Of a stretch of DNA of 64,000 bases, positions 12,374-26,069 are shown piece by piece. The position numbers were made by a program, and so were the translations under genes. How positions within the stretch are numbered: position 1 is the stretch's first letter; each line of letters starts with the position of its first letter. Origin of the DNA: Utricularia gibba. Lineage: Eukaryota > Plantae > Magnoliophyta. The stretch spans positions 2,604,001 through 2,668,000 of the forward strand of contig NEEC01000011.1 of the NCBI GenBank assembly GCA_002189035.1, written 5' to 3'. The notes below the pieces were generated by a model that searched no databases, had not been told where the DNA came from, and was given only the letters and a program-made list of their open reading frames with translations.

Positions 12374-12793
12374 ACATGATGATGCTTAGTTGCCCTGCCT
12401 TCACTTCTAAGACATGCCCCCAAATGCTCTTGTAATAATTTTTGAACCTTTCTTTTCATAACATGGCCATATGTCAAACATCATGTGAAAAAAATGATAT
12501 TAAATATATTAAATCCTTTTATTCTAGTTCCATCATCATGATATATGGGCCTTAGGCCCAATGGGTAGGTATCCGGATCCATTTATTTGAAGCCCATTAT
12601 AGCAAGCGTGGAAAAGAAGTCGATCCGGGTTATGACATTGGGCCCAGAGGGGGGCGGAAACACTGATCCGGCCCGTTGGATTCAAATTCATATCTATGAT
12701 CTGGATCAGGTTTGATTCAACGGCTGCGATTCACTTGCGATTAAAGCAAAAGAAAGAAAACAAAAAGAAGGTTGAGAAATCCTGGGGGAAGGA

Positions 12794-13003
12794 AAATGTT
12801 TGCTGCCCAATGAGATGAATCCAACGAGAGCGGCGGCGTAGCAGCACCGCGTCGCCCTATCGGAAGCAGACAGCTCACAAAACTAGTTTCGATGTGTGCA
12901 AAACATGGCCGCATTGCCCACTTTTGTCGCAATCGGATGGAAGTTTTTTGCACATGAACTGGAGCTCCGGTCGGACAACAGAACCGAGATTCCCGGAACT
13001 CCA
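12794..13003 (-). ncRNA. Candidate H/ACA box snoRNA locus (three consecutive hairpins ending in ACA-NNN)
   Basis: Minus-strand stems: TGGAGTTCCGG/CCGGAGCTCCA (13003-12960), GTGCAAAA/TTTTGCAC with an internal loop (12953-12896), and GCTGTC/GGCAGC with a GC-rich upper stem (12874-12802), followed by aaACAttt. ANANNA-like AAACTA in the hinge. No credible ORF here. Confidence 0.45.
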
Positions 13004-13139
13004 AAAGAGTAAAAAGAACTAAACTACCGTCAAAATGAAAACTCGGAGAAGACAATTAAACTTGTTGACCAGAAGATCTGATGAGATACGGCTTTGCTTC
13101 CCTCAGCTGGGTGGAGCTGAGAGAGGAAGAGTTCTGAAA

Positions 13140-13165
13140 TTAGGGTTTCTTTGTCTTTATTTATA
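13140..13165 (-). promoter_or_regulatory. TATA box (TATAAATA) and telo-box (AAACCCTAA) for a short minus-strand transcript
   Basis: Plus-strand ttagggttt at 13140-13148 and tttatttata at 13156-13165, followed on the minus strand by a CT-rich leader. Confidence 0.55.
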
Positions 13166-13610
13166 GCGGGGAAAATGTCCGCCCGCATCCTCAGGTATAT
13201 GCTTCAGGGTATCTTCTCTTTTCCTACTTAATTAGATGCACTTATTATATTATAAATGGCTCTATTTTTAAAAAAAATTAAAATACATTATATAGTATTT
13301 TACTATTTTCAGATTATATTCGATTATTCAGAGTCCGATAACATTTTTTATGCATTGATAAGTATGTTTATTTTATAAACTTATTTTTCCAATATATACA
13401 TATATAATATATAAGACCATTTTTTGATGATCACTTGGGAGTTATGTTTTCATGTGTTCACCAAGATGCTACAGCCTCAGCTTACCAGCAGACAAAATTT
13501 CCAGGCAAAGGAAAAGCATGGCGACGCATGAGGGGGAGCCTGTACACTGTGCGTTACAAAAATGGGGAGGCAAAATGAGACCACCTCTCTTTCTTCTGTA
13601 TCTTCATCTG

Positions 13611-16600
13611 TTACACCTTCGCCAACTTCACATCCAGAGACAAGCGCTCCAGGGAGCGCCTTTCCTCTTGTAGTTCAGTTGTGAGCTGCGCTATCTGTGT
13701 CAGCAAACCGGAAGAAGGAGACCATCAAGTTGGATAACCAGCATATAGAGAATGGGATTAGTAGGCGTACTTTGGTATCCAGTTCCTTGTCTCTGTTCTC
13801 TAGTTCCCCCAGTCTGAAATATAAGATCAGGGGGTTCATTGTTCGGGTGAAATGTCGCACTTCGCAAGGAGAGAAAATGGCAGTTGTCACTTACAGCGTG
13901 CGGAGTCGTTTGTTCTCTGCATATAGTTTCTGAGTGTCTTGCTCCAAGACTTCATCTTGCACACCAACATATTCAGTCTCTATGTTTTCCTGGTATAGGA
14001 TTTGACTGTCACCACTTGTTTGAAAAGAAGAGGCTCCTGCGTTGCTATTGGGATCACCTGTGGAAAACTCCCATTTCAGTGATAGCACCGAGACACTCAT
14101 GAAAGCTATGGCATTTCTTACCTGAAGGAACCTCCCGAGAAGAAGGCATAGAGTGGTGGTTTTTCGGCATAGCATTTTGATGCAAATAATGCAGCTGTCC
14201 AGTTGTTTGAATCGATCGGGATTTCTTAACTTGGCGATGGCCAATGAGTCCACAATGATGATCCCTTCAAATTATAGGCAGCATAATAGCATTCTCCCAC
14301 TAAATCAAGCCGATGTATTGAGACCTCAAAAACAGACAATCCGCAAGTGAACTGCAAGGAAAAACTCACCAATATTCTAAAGCCATCTGCTTCAAACGTG
14401 TTTCAAGCTTTTGGAAAATTGGAGTTCTCTCAAAATCCTGCTTATTGTGCGTTGGCTCCATGAAATCTGCTTCCAAAACCCCTGCAACATCAACGGGTCA
14501 GAGTTTCATAATATTCGGAAGAGTTTCAAGAAAAGGAAAATGTACAGAATTCTCACCAACAACTCCTCTGCCTCTGCTGGATGAATATGTCAAAACATGC
14601 CAAAAAGGCTGCAGTGCAAGGAATGAAGAAAAAGTTAAGAGTGAGATAGAGTGATGCTATAAGAGACGAAAACAATTTTGTTTATGTGAAAGGTGTCAAT
14701 GGGGTGTGCAGGATAATGATAAAAAAAAGAATCACCAAAATCAATCTGTTCTTATGATAAACATTAAAACCATGTATGTTGGCTTCTGCAGCATCCTTGA
14801 GAAACCCAATTGATGTTATAACCGATTTCTGCAAGCAGCAACCAAGAGTTGATACTCATACTGTTCAAAGGCATATTATGTTGAGCAACCCTATTTCCCG
14901 AAACGCTTTGCTGAAACGCATCCTTACCTCTACATTGTGAGGTTTGTACACTATGAACTCTGGATCTTGAAGGTCTCGAACAATGTTATGGTAGTGAACA
15001 GGTTGCCCACGCAGCAAAATACAGAAGTTATCAGGGATACGAAAATATAAAATGGATAAGTAAGTCTGCAAAAATGAGAGTACATACACTTAGTAGAACT
15101 TGATTTGCGAGCTGTGGGGAAAAAATAACACTGTTGATAAACGTGAACTTACACGAAGTGAGTAATGAAGACGATTGGCAAGATGAGACTCTCTTGCAGT
15201 TGGTTTTCCAGCAATTAGCATCTTCCCAGAGATAAGAATATCCTGAAAAAATACCACACGAAGTATAACAACAAAGCAATGCAATAAGGATGTGAGGCTG
15301 CAAATCAGTGAATGCTTAATAACATGAACCTCAGAATCAGTTTCGAAATCAAGCTCAAATCGCCCAAAATCATCATGCCATAAGTTATAGATTACTATTC
15401 TGGTACCATGTGGCCCAATTTTTTCACACTGCAATTTATTTAGCAAACAGAAATGACAAACGAGTGTTAAAGATGTGGCAATATAGCAACTGAAACTGAT
15501 GAAGGAAACATGATTGAAAGTTATATATTGAAAACCAGCGTACTTGATCCAAAATTTTGTCTAAGGTGCAATATGGTGACCACTGCAAGAGGACAGCAAG
15601 GTTACTGCTGAATTGCTTTTCATCTTGAATTGGCATCCATATACAATTCTCCGAATCGAACTGATAATCAACCTGAAAAATAGATGTGGATAAAGCAAGC
15701 TATATCTTCATTGAAATATCAAAAGAATCTTCAAAGCTTGATACAATCTAATGAGAAAAAAAGGCCAAAACCAGCCTCTACAATGTTTCACAAGCATGCC
15801 CCAACCCTCCAAATAGAACTTGCCTTTGGAACTACTATACTTTCTTGTCCAGTTTGCATTAAAAAGGTGTAAGATAGCATGCCTATACTTTGGGTAATTC
15901 TCCTGATCAAGGAAACAGTTTAGTCAAGCACTAAGGAAGAGGGCATGCCTGGTTTTTTTAATAGGTGTCCACAGTATTATTTTCTAGAAAAATAAGAGAA
16001 ACTCCTGAATGATGAGTAAACAATAGAAAATGAGGTGCTGAGGAGACCTCTCATTTTTGGGACGACTGAATATGATGACGTCTGCCCCAAGTCTCATAGA
16101 ACTGGTCTTGAAACCATTACCATCTGAAATGGCATATGTCAGGAGCTTACTTAGGAAAATAAAAATAAACATGGTATAACACTCACATTTTCCAATAGAA
16201 GATTCCAGCTTATTATCTGAAAAACCAAAACTTAAACAACCTCTCATTGCACCTGGATCCATGCCTCCACCATCATCTGATTTAAGAATAACAGAACGTG
16301 ATTCTTTCCATCTTAACACTATGGCATGCAGATGATATCCTTCAAATTATTCAAAAGTACCATGAATAAGCAATGCTGGGGAGTTATCCCTGGGATTTAC
16401 AGTTTTATCTAGAACGACAAAAGTGGCTCCATTGTGTATCTATAAAAGCATGGATATTGATGGAGACCAATTGTAAGCTAATAGAAGATAATAATACAGC
16501 AAACATTGACACTGTAGAATTCGGTTCCAGTAAATGAATCAACATGTTCGGATAGAATGTTTTTCTTTTTTTTAAGCATCAACAATGTGCCTCTTATGTC

Positions 16601-18880
16601 AAATTCTGATTCATAAAATGATATATGGAACTCTGGATTGTTATTACATCTTCAACAGTACACACAGAAAGATAATAACACTCTTGCCTTAATCAAATAT
16701 AGAGAACACACAAGAAAACAGCTAACTTCACCCATAACGGGAACAATTTCATGGGAACTCTGATTTAGCTGACCAGAAGCTAACTACGATCAAAGTAAAG
16801 TGAAAACAAACAGAGAAGTTGCAGGCACTAACTGTACATCGAAGCAATGAAAGTGCTGCAACAAAAAGAAAGTGGAGAAGCATTTTAAAAGCAGAGGCAG
16901 CTTAGACAAGGTAATCAAGGTAGAGCAATGGAGAGCAGATTGGTAGCGTAGATGCAAATCCAAATCAAAGCACATCAAATGTTACATGTATACATAAATG
17001 AGATACCTGATCAACAGAATTGTCAACCAGTTCGGCTATAGCTGCAACCAAGAAATGATACAAATGGATGAGAATGCCATAATCATTAGATTCAAGACAT
17101 AATAAAACTGAAAAATCAAGCCATCAAGGACAGTCTCACCGCCAAAGACCCATTTGTGTGAAGTAGCATTCGAATGAAGAAATTTGGGGTGGACATTAAG
17201 GTAACTCGCACTATCTGTCGGCCAATGACAGAAAAGGTTAAAATATAAATGGTGCATTTGGTTCGCAGTTTTAAATGTAAATGGTTTAAAGTTACTTGGT
17301 TGAAGATAAAACGTAGCATGTCATTTTTAACTAAAAAATGTGTTTGGTAAATGTAAATTAAAAAACAACTTAGTTGTTTTGAATTACCAAACATTCTTAT
17401 TTTTCACCTCTTTCTAACGTAGCTCCCTTGCTTCCAAGAAATATGAATTAATTTCACTAGTTTTGAAAATCACTCACTTGGTATCCCCAGCTTATGTTTA
17501 CATTCAAATATTTCACCTCAATGTTTAACATACTCTATCATGCTCAAGCAAGATCACTTCTATGGGTCAGGGAGTGAAATACTTTGGTTGGAAAGCTTAT
17601 AAGGCAGTGCATCATCATAGTTTCCAGCCTTCCAAAATTGACGACAAATGGGTGCGGAACATACTGATGGTGTGAAATCAGGCCCTTCAAACTGTTTGTC
17701 AAAATTACATATAAGAAAAACATGATTGGATAGTGTTGGCGAAAGAGATGACGAACAATAGAACAAAGCATTTAGCAACAAGCAATGAACATTTCCTTCA
17801 ACATTGTGAAGTCGAGCACTAATGTTTAAAACAAGAGTGATTCTAAGATAAAAACCTATTATTATAGTGAAAAGTTGTGTGGTTGGTCAATGTTACATGC
17901 GAATCAAAATGCAGAGAAGCACGCACACACAATGAAACGAATTCAAAGAAAAGGATGCATTTCAGATGGATCCTTACGACAAATCCACCCCAATAACCCA
18001 TCTTTGGAAATCATGCGTACAACAATTAATCATTATGACTTCTCCTTTTTTTCTATCTAGAAACACCTATTTGAGAGTATATGCATAAGATAGCAAATTG
18101 GGAGCCCAACATGGACGCAAATCAAGGAATCATGGTGATTACTAGTGTGTACAACATGCCCTTATATTTTTTATACTTTAATCAACCATGAAAGAGAGTT
18201 CACATAAAAACATGCCAAATGAGAATGGGACTCATGTCTCACAGATGATAAGACACGGAGGTGATTCAAATATCACAAGCTGTGAAGTTATGGGCCACTT
18301 TTCAAAAACTAGTCCTCAAAAGGTTCTATCTTTGACTTTGATAAAACTGATTTATCTAATCCATCCATAAAACATAACATGTGTTACTCCTACATACATG
18401 ATGATTTTTAAGGAATAATTTGTAGTTCACACATTTATAGGTGCAATTATTAAATAGGATTTAATTCGAATAAAATATCACCTTTGAATTTCAAGATGTA
18501 TTTAATATACTATTTAAACATCGTAATATAAAATTATATTAATTAATTAAAAAATTAACCTTAATTTTAGAACATAATAATTTTTATCTTTACTCCAAAA
18601 TTATATCCTTTTACTACAAATCATAACAGTCATAATAAAAAGCAGATTAACTGGTTCTCCTGAGTAACGCATTCGTTGACCAACTAACCAATATACAGAT
18701 TGAAAATGGGTTACTTTTGATCGTTCAGTTTAGCCCACAAAAAAAAAAAAAAAAGCAGTGTCACCATTCACAACTACCTAAAACCTGGCAGCTAAAAAGG
18801 AAAATATCATAACAAAAAAGCAGTAGTATCCCTTTTTTACAACAAGTTTAAAGCTCACTTACCTTATTGACAGGAAGCAT
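13611..18880 (-). CDS. MORC6: MORC6-like GHKL ATPase (microrchidia), about 19 exons; 5' start exon uncertain
   Basis: APICRQFWKAGNYD, VHPKFLHSNATSHKWVFG|AIAELVDNSVD, DDGGGMDP, YGNGFKTSSMRLGAD, LLQWSPY, GPHGTRIVIYNLW, HGFNVYHKNRLI|PFW, GRGVVGVLEADF.EPTHNKQDFE, then a C-terminal coiled coil and stop at 13611-13613. ATG 18880 (MLPVNK|gtaagt) is a plausible but unproven start. Confidence 0.9.
17341..17393. repeat. Small inverted-repeat (MITE-like) remnant in a MORC intron
   Basis: Perfect 10-bp inverted repeat tgtttggtaa/ttaccaaaca with an inner aaaacaact/agttgtttt arm. TGTTTGG termini resemble Tourist-type MITE ends. Confidence 0.4.
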
Positions 18881-19345
18881 GAATGTCGCCCCTTGCTATA
18901 GGCAGTTATTCAACCCAGAAACTAAAGCGCGCGCAGAATCCCCAACGCTGAGAAGCATGTGGCTTCCGAATTTGAATTTCCGAATTAGGTCTTGAAAGGC
19001 CCAATTCGAACCACGCCGATTTATTTAATTCCATTTATTTAAAAACAATTTTAAGAAACATTCCGAAAAAGATTAAAAAAAATTAAAAATCTACAATTTT
19101 TAAATTAATAGCAAAAGAAATTGTATAAAAATTATTACAAATATATCCTACATATTTTGTAAATAACATATATTTAATAGATACATTTTTCATATTCTTT
19201 TTTTGCTATTGTATTATTTTAAAAACATATATTTAATATTTATGAATTTTAATTTTAATCATGTAAGATGTACTCATCTAAAAATAAATAATTAAAATAC
19301 ATGAAAATTTCAATTTGCAATGAGCGAGTACCAAGTCACAGCCGC

Positions 19346-20969
19346 TCACTGCAACTTCTGGAGGAGACTTTCAACCCGGGCTTTCTGCTGTGCTGGAGTC
19401 ATCATCTCCGTTTGGATGATCGTGTTCGCGACCAGAACCACAACTGAAGGGGAAGCGGCATTCACCTGCATCAGTGCAAGAGGTGGGTTTGGACATGGAG
19501 GAACCCAAGCAACAGCTAAGAAGGGGATGAGGCTCACCCATACGCGCCCATTCAGACCAACAGCGATCTCAAAAGCAATCTTCTTTCCAAGTGTCTCCAG
19601 AACAGGGCAGGTTGGAGAGCTCAGCAGCCTGAGCCAACACCTCTAGCTAAATGAATATCCATGCTTCTACTTGTATGATGCTCTGAAAGAAGGAATGAAG
19701 TATCTTACATTCGGGATAATCCTGTCGATGTCTCCAACATGAATCCATCTTTAAGATGCCCATATTCTGCGGCTTTTCCACTTCCTATGGAAAAAAAAAA
19801 AAAAAAAAAAAGTTGTGGGCACATCGGGGAACGAAGGATATCAAGAAAACAGGCGATGTGTTGGCATTCATCACGATGATGAAAATTGTAGCTCATCAGT
19901 AGGCTGACCATCCATGCATGACAACTCAGGGTTCATGTCAGGAATTGCCTTAACAACACGAACATACAGCAGTGCTCCGATCTGATGATGAAGGTAGGGA
20001 ATGGCAAGTATTAAATAACCTAGCATACACTGTTATGACAGAAACATTGCACTAAACCAGGGAAATCTGACTTCCTGGATCGAAGATATTCACCTCAAAT
20101 TTAGGAATGTTTCTTCTTGTTCCTCCTTCAAAAGCAAGCACTGGAAGAAATGCTAACATAGGACCCTTTATATCGACAAGGAAATTCTAGCATAGATATC
20201 GGATAGGTTAGAGGGCCAACCAGGGAACATATCCTCATAGTGAAATTATAAAGGTAAGAGTTAACTTGATAACTGTGTGAAGGAAACAGTTTAAAACAGC
20301 ATCTTTGACCCGCTTGATGAGATTTTTTTAAAAAAATATGAGCACAATATACTCAAACATCTGTGCCATGATCAAAATAAAAATAAAAAGACTGCATAAC
20401 TTACATCTGCTTTTGTATCAACCACTATGCCTAGAACATTATCTCCAGCAGTCGGCACATACTGTTAAGAGACAACGCCCCTCGTTTGTTTTAGCAGAAA
20501 ACACTGATAATAACCAATATGATACTGCAACCCCACACCCTAAATCAATAACTCACACGCTTATGCGAACTTTCGACCCAATATTTGCTTGGCTTTGAAA
20601 ATCTGAGTTTTCCTGCCTTAGTAACAGATATTACATCGCCATCCTGAAACAAAAATATAAATTGAAGATAAACACGCTTATGACGAATGCCCAAGGCCTA
20701 GAGAGCTCAACAGAAGATAAACAACGTAATCTAAGAAGAAAACCTGGCGGAGTCCCCCACCAACCCTGATGGTTTGATTATCCATTTTAGAGAGGTCCAG
20801 CACTACATCTCCTGGAAACTACCAAAGGAAAACATTTCTACCATCAAATAAAAGCCTTTGAAACTACTACACAATTCCCACGTCTATGCAAAAGGCAAGG
20901 AATCTAAAAAACACCTACCACTTGCTCATCTACGAGGCTTGAACCTGAGACCAGAGGTTTTGCCTCCAT
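19346..20969 (-). CDS. RRP40: Exosome complex component RRP40, 8 exons
   Basis: MEAKPL..|FPGDVVLDLS..GGGLRQ|DGDVISVTKAG..YWVESSHKR|YVPTAGDNVLGIVVD..|NFLVDIKGP..LAFEGGTRRNIPKFE|..NPELSC..|..|..FEIAVGLNGRVW|VNAASP..*. Confidence 0.93.
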
Positions 20970-21375
20970 TATCGTATCGCACCCAAAACACTAGATTACC
21001 ACGGAGAGAGTGGCGTCGCGGGAATTCTCCGTAGTTGTTCTATTCAGTAATGGGCTCTCTACTTTAAGTTCCCAATCCCAAACACAATTTTTCATCAAAT
21101 CCTCAAGCACAAAACCAACAAAACTCCGTCGAAATTGCGAAATCGCCCAAAACCCAACAGACGGCGAGGAGAGTACGACGCAAGACGCCGGCGGGAAACA
21201 AGAGACAACAAATCAATCATACTTTCCATTCAGGGCCATCTTTTCACAACCGGCCCAACCCAATAACAAAGGCTCAAATACTTACGTACAAAAGCCCAAA
21301 TTCAAAGGTATTGACATTCTTGCCCCTACACAATCACAGCCGCCGACAACCACCACCTCTACCCTATCTTCTCTT

Positions 21376-22600
21376 TCATCCCTTTCCAGATTGGCTGCTG
21401 CACAGAGGCATGCAGTTCGGAGCCCATTTCGGAAGACCGCGCGCATCCACCGGCTCGCCTGAAGCGAGAACTCCCGGATTCGCATCGATCGAATCGGCGT
21501 AGCTCTCGAGGAGGGCAACAATCTCGTCGAAGTTGGGTCTCTTCTCCGGGTTGCTTGCCCAGCATCTGTGAATCAGATGACCAAGAGCCGATGGGCATGA
21601 CGGAGGCAGCTGCGGCCTTGCATTCTGTGCACGAATCAGTATTCAGAAGAAAGTAGTGTTTTCTAATGGAAACACATGGGTGGAAGAGTACCTTCTGGCA
21701 TACTGCAAAGGCTGCTTGTTCAGGACTCAGATCATGGAATGGCGTCAGAGCGGTTAAGAGCTCCCACATGACTATCCCGAAACTGTAGACATCCACCTTC
21801 TTGGTGTGGTGCTTCTGCTTGATCATCTCGGGGGCCATCCATCGGTAGGTTCCTGTAAACAATCCATTGAAACAGTTGCTTTTTCTGCACTGGGATTCCA
21901 AGCATGAAATCCCAAAGTCTGCAACTTTCACAGACATGTCAAGGCCGAGAAGCAAATTCTCAGACTTGAGATCACGGTGGAGAATCCCCTGGGAGTGAAG
22001 ATACTGCATTCCGTGAGCGATGTCTAGAGCCAGCTTCACGACGAGCTTCAGAGGAACCGAGTATGGCTCCTGCTGATGCAGGAACTTCTTCAAGGATCCA
22101 CCGGGGTAATACTCGGTGATGATGCAAAACACTGGAGGTTTTTTACATGCGCCGATGAACTGCAACCAAGGGAAGCATTAGCAGTGCATGGTAACAGAGA
22201 TCAAAGAGAGATGAGAAGAAGGGGAGCTCACAGAGATGATATTGGGGTGATTGAGCCTGAAAAGAAGAGCAACTTCTGAAGTAAACTGCTTCTCCAAAAA
22301 CTCAGCTAGCTGAGTGTCTTCCTCTGGCTGACTAACGAGCTTAATAGCCACATCTCTGTCTTTATACAAACCTCTGTAAATCCTGCTATGCCTCCCTGTA
22401 GCAAACTTCTGTCCTATGTACAACTCAGACATATCAGCGCTCCAATCTTCTTCCCCTCCACCCTTAATCTCTGCCCCTGCAGAAACCAAGTAGCTAGACC
22501 ATGAAACCGCTCTTTTGTACTCCCCCAAAGACAACCTTCTCTCGAGATTTCTAGGTGCGCTCGCTATTTTCCTCAAGCTCAAACACCCAGGCTTCTTCAT
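21376..22600 (-). CDS. Raf-like (STY/HT1-related) Ser/Thr kinase, At3g46930-like, 3 exons
   Basis: RRLSLGEYKRAVSWS, WSADMSELYIGQKFATGRHSRIYRG, VAIK, HRDLKSEN, DFG, GTYRWMAPE, DVYSFG, |NARPQLP..CW..RPNF. ATG at 22600, stop at 21376-21378. Confidence 0.93.
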
Positions 22601-23759
22601 TTCAGAAACAAGATCACAACTTTTCTTCACGGGAGCCACGGATTCATCACCAAGGCACAGAAAAATGGAAGCTTGGGGTCATCTAAGAGGGGAAGACGCG
22701 TTGAGGAAGAAGAGTAGACAGAAAAGGGCCATGATCGTGAATGCCTGTTTCTATCCATCTGCCTATTATTGCAGGGAACGGATCAAGGAGTGGGAATACC
22801 TCTACAGGGAATCAATAAAATAACTCAACGTGTAACCGAGGGCGACAGAGGAGCACGACAAGGGCAGTTTAGTGCAAACTAGAAGAACGTGGGAAGATCA
22901 TCTGAACAGGCGACACGATGTCACCATGATCATGACTCCATACCCACTGTTTTCCATTAATGGCCCTCAGCTAGAAAACCGGAAGTGGAATCCCTAGAAG
23001 GGTTGTTTGGTAATTTCACGGACTCGGGCCGAGGAGTAGGTACGGATCGCCACATTCACGTGGGCCGGTTGCGGTTTGTCACAATAGGGGGTGAGATTCC
23101 CCATAAATGTGGGCCCCATATCAGTTAGTACTGCGCCGTATGACGTTTCCGTATACAGACCGGGCCGGCCCAATTCGCATCACCCGGACCCACCCCACCC
23201 ATCCACAACGCAAATTTTGACATATTAAAAGCTTAAATATTGCATGTTGATAATTATATTTATTTGGTACACATGTTTAACCAATCATATCGATCATGAT
23301 CGAAAAAGAAATATTTCGATCAAAGTCGTATTACGAACCTAATTTGTATCCATAGCTCAAATTCGACGAATTATGATAAAAAAAATATAATTCATCATGT
23401 CACACGAGTTATATACCTAAACTCGATTAGTACCACAATATCCTTTCATATCTTGAACAAATTCCAGAATCCGGAATTTTTTAAAATTTAAAACCTTGAT
23501 TAATTATGAAAATATTTTATTATTCGTAGCGTGGGGCTTGTAATAACGTCCTTGCAACAAGGACATGGTTGGGGTTGGGCCCACCACATCACATGCCATA
23601 CGATCTGTCGACCTGCTTTTGTGTGTCTCCGTTAGATTGCAGATGCATTAAAGGCATCCGGAATGATTGCTCTTGACTTTGGGTGGACCAAAAGGATAGG
23701 ATTTATTTGAAGAATTGTCGAACAACCAAACCATGGAGCCAAAATACATGGTTTTGGGA

Positions 23760-26069
23760 TCAGGATGATATCTTACCAAAGAATATCCCACAGAATACAA
23801 GGGCCCCGAACCACTTATTGGACACAAACCTGTGGGAAAAAATGGAACAAAATGAGGAAATGACAGAAAATCATGATATGGTTGTATCAGAGAAGAGAAT
23901 GAAAGATCCAGTAAAGGTTTACTATTGATCATGATTCAGGAGACCATGCTCGCTATGCAAAGGTGAACCAATGAATTGGAAAGGCCACAGTATGCTTGTG
24001 AAGTAAACTAGCCAATAAGCAAATAGGACCATGACCAAATAACTGAAGAGGAGATGGATGGGATGGGAGTACCCACATTCTATTGCAATCGGCACGGCTT
24101 GAAAGGTCTACGGTCATCTGCCAGGCTAAGTGTGTGGAAGCTGCTGCTAAGAAAGCATAGAATGGGATGCCTGCCCAGGTCAAGTGCAAATACGCTGTAA
24201 GAGATACAATTCATGCCAACAGGTTAAAAAGGAATAGGAAGAGAGGAATGGAAGACCACTTGCTTATATTGGCGTTGTAGCCACTGAGAGCTAAGCTACT
24301 GATACATGCCAATCCAAATACAGAAAGCCACGCCTTGGTTGAATCACCAAATCGAAGAGCAGTAGATTTGACACCTACTTTCAAGTCATCCTCCTTGTCC
24401 TGAGCAATCGAACATTCAGGAACTGGGATAGTTCATAACATTCCGAACATAATACAAGATGTGATGGGAAGCTCGACCTGATGTGCATAAATTGTATCAT
24501 ATACAAGCGTCCAAAACACACCCGATGCATACAGTGGGAGAACCACTGACAAATCAAGGCTTCCCTTGACGGCAGCCCATCCAAGTAATGCACCCCAGTT
24601 GAATGTCAAGCCGAGGTAGGCTTGTGGCTGCATGAGAATTGTCTGCTTTTATCAGCTATATTGGTTGTGCGAGTTGGAGTCCATAATGGATGGGTAACTA
24701 GAAGCCGTATAATTTCTATATAGAAACAGAAGAAATGGATACAAAATTACTTTACCCAGTATGTCACTCTCTTCATGAGAGGGTATGAAAAGACAAGAAG
24801 CAATGATGAAGCTCCCAAAACACGGCTGAAATAATCACACATGTATAATCGATGCAGATCAAGGATAAAAGTAAAAGAGCAGAACATAAGTGGAAATCTT
24901 TTCTTTATGCATTTGGAACTTTCACCCTGAACTTGTCGGAAATACCTAAAATCGTTTAACTGTAAGAGAATGCCCAGTCCCAAAAGCAACTGAGAGCCAA
25001 GAAAACAAATTCCTTGAAATGGAGTTAAAACGCCACTAGCAATGGGCCTCTTCATAGTCCTATGCACCTGCGCCAGGAACAAAGACATTTGGTTGTATCC
25101 AAAAACCACCCCGTGGTTAAAAAAACACACACACACGCCGAGAACATGGAAATATTTTGCAACAGAGTGGAGTTGGATTGGAAATGCAACGCAGACAGAT
25201 AGATATAAACCATTATTTGCCTTAACATCAATGTCCCTGTCAAGCAAGTCGTTGATGGTGCACCCAGCACCACGCAAAAGCAACGCCCCAACGCCAAAAA
25301 GCATAATCATCTTAGTATCCGGAAGGCTCCCTGGCGCCGCAGCCATAGTGATTGACCTAAAACCAGGAACCTCATCCTAATCATCTTTGAACTATTAAAA
25401 TAGCATCAGTGTCAATTTCGAATCTTTTCAAGGAAAATACAAAAAGGAAGACGCGGAGTCCACTCTTTAAAGCACATAATAGCCATAATGTGCTTCAAAC
25501 TATGACTGAACAAACAGGAGAATGAGAACACCAAACTAGAATATAGCCAAAACTCAAGTGCAACGAATGATATTCAGAGCATCCGAGCATTAAAAAGCAG
25601 AAACTCTCAACTTCAGTACATTTTGAATAAAGGATATGAAAACCACTTACCACATACCTGGCCAAGCTAGAAGCCAAGTCCCAATGGGCTTGTCAAGCCG
25701 CGCCAAGTGAGCATAAGGCCGTGCAACTGCAGGCACATAAACGTCTATCCATGACCGAATTTCATCCACATTGTTTGATTTTTCCTCTTTTCTGTCAGAT
25801 GCTACACTGCAGAAGCGAGAGCACTGAACAAGCTCACCGTACGCGCTGATCGACCTGCTAATCCATCGGCTAGAACTTCTCCAATAACTAGTAGGGCATA
25901 TATTTCCCGTATTCCCCAGAACATCCACCTGCTGCGAGCGAACGCGAAGAAGGAGATTACCCGGTACTGAAGACGCAGAACCTAACCCCCCATTATAGAC
26001 AAATTGATGCAGAAAACGAAAGCCCTTGCAACGCGCAGCGACTCGCGATAGGCGATTGTGCAATAGCAT
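23760..26069 (-). CDS. PPT1: 4-hydroxybenzoate polyprenyltransferase, mitochondrial (UbiA/COQ2 family), 8 exons
   Basis: [67 protein letters not shown]|[26 protein letters not shown]. Confidence 0.93.

Noticed and set aside
13079-13138. TGATGA...CTGA on the plus strand resembling a C/D snoRNA
   Set aside because: Too short, no terminal stem or guide, and the TATA/telo-box orientation points to minus-strand transcription.
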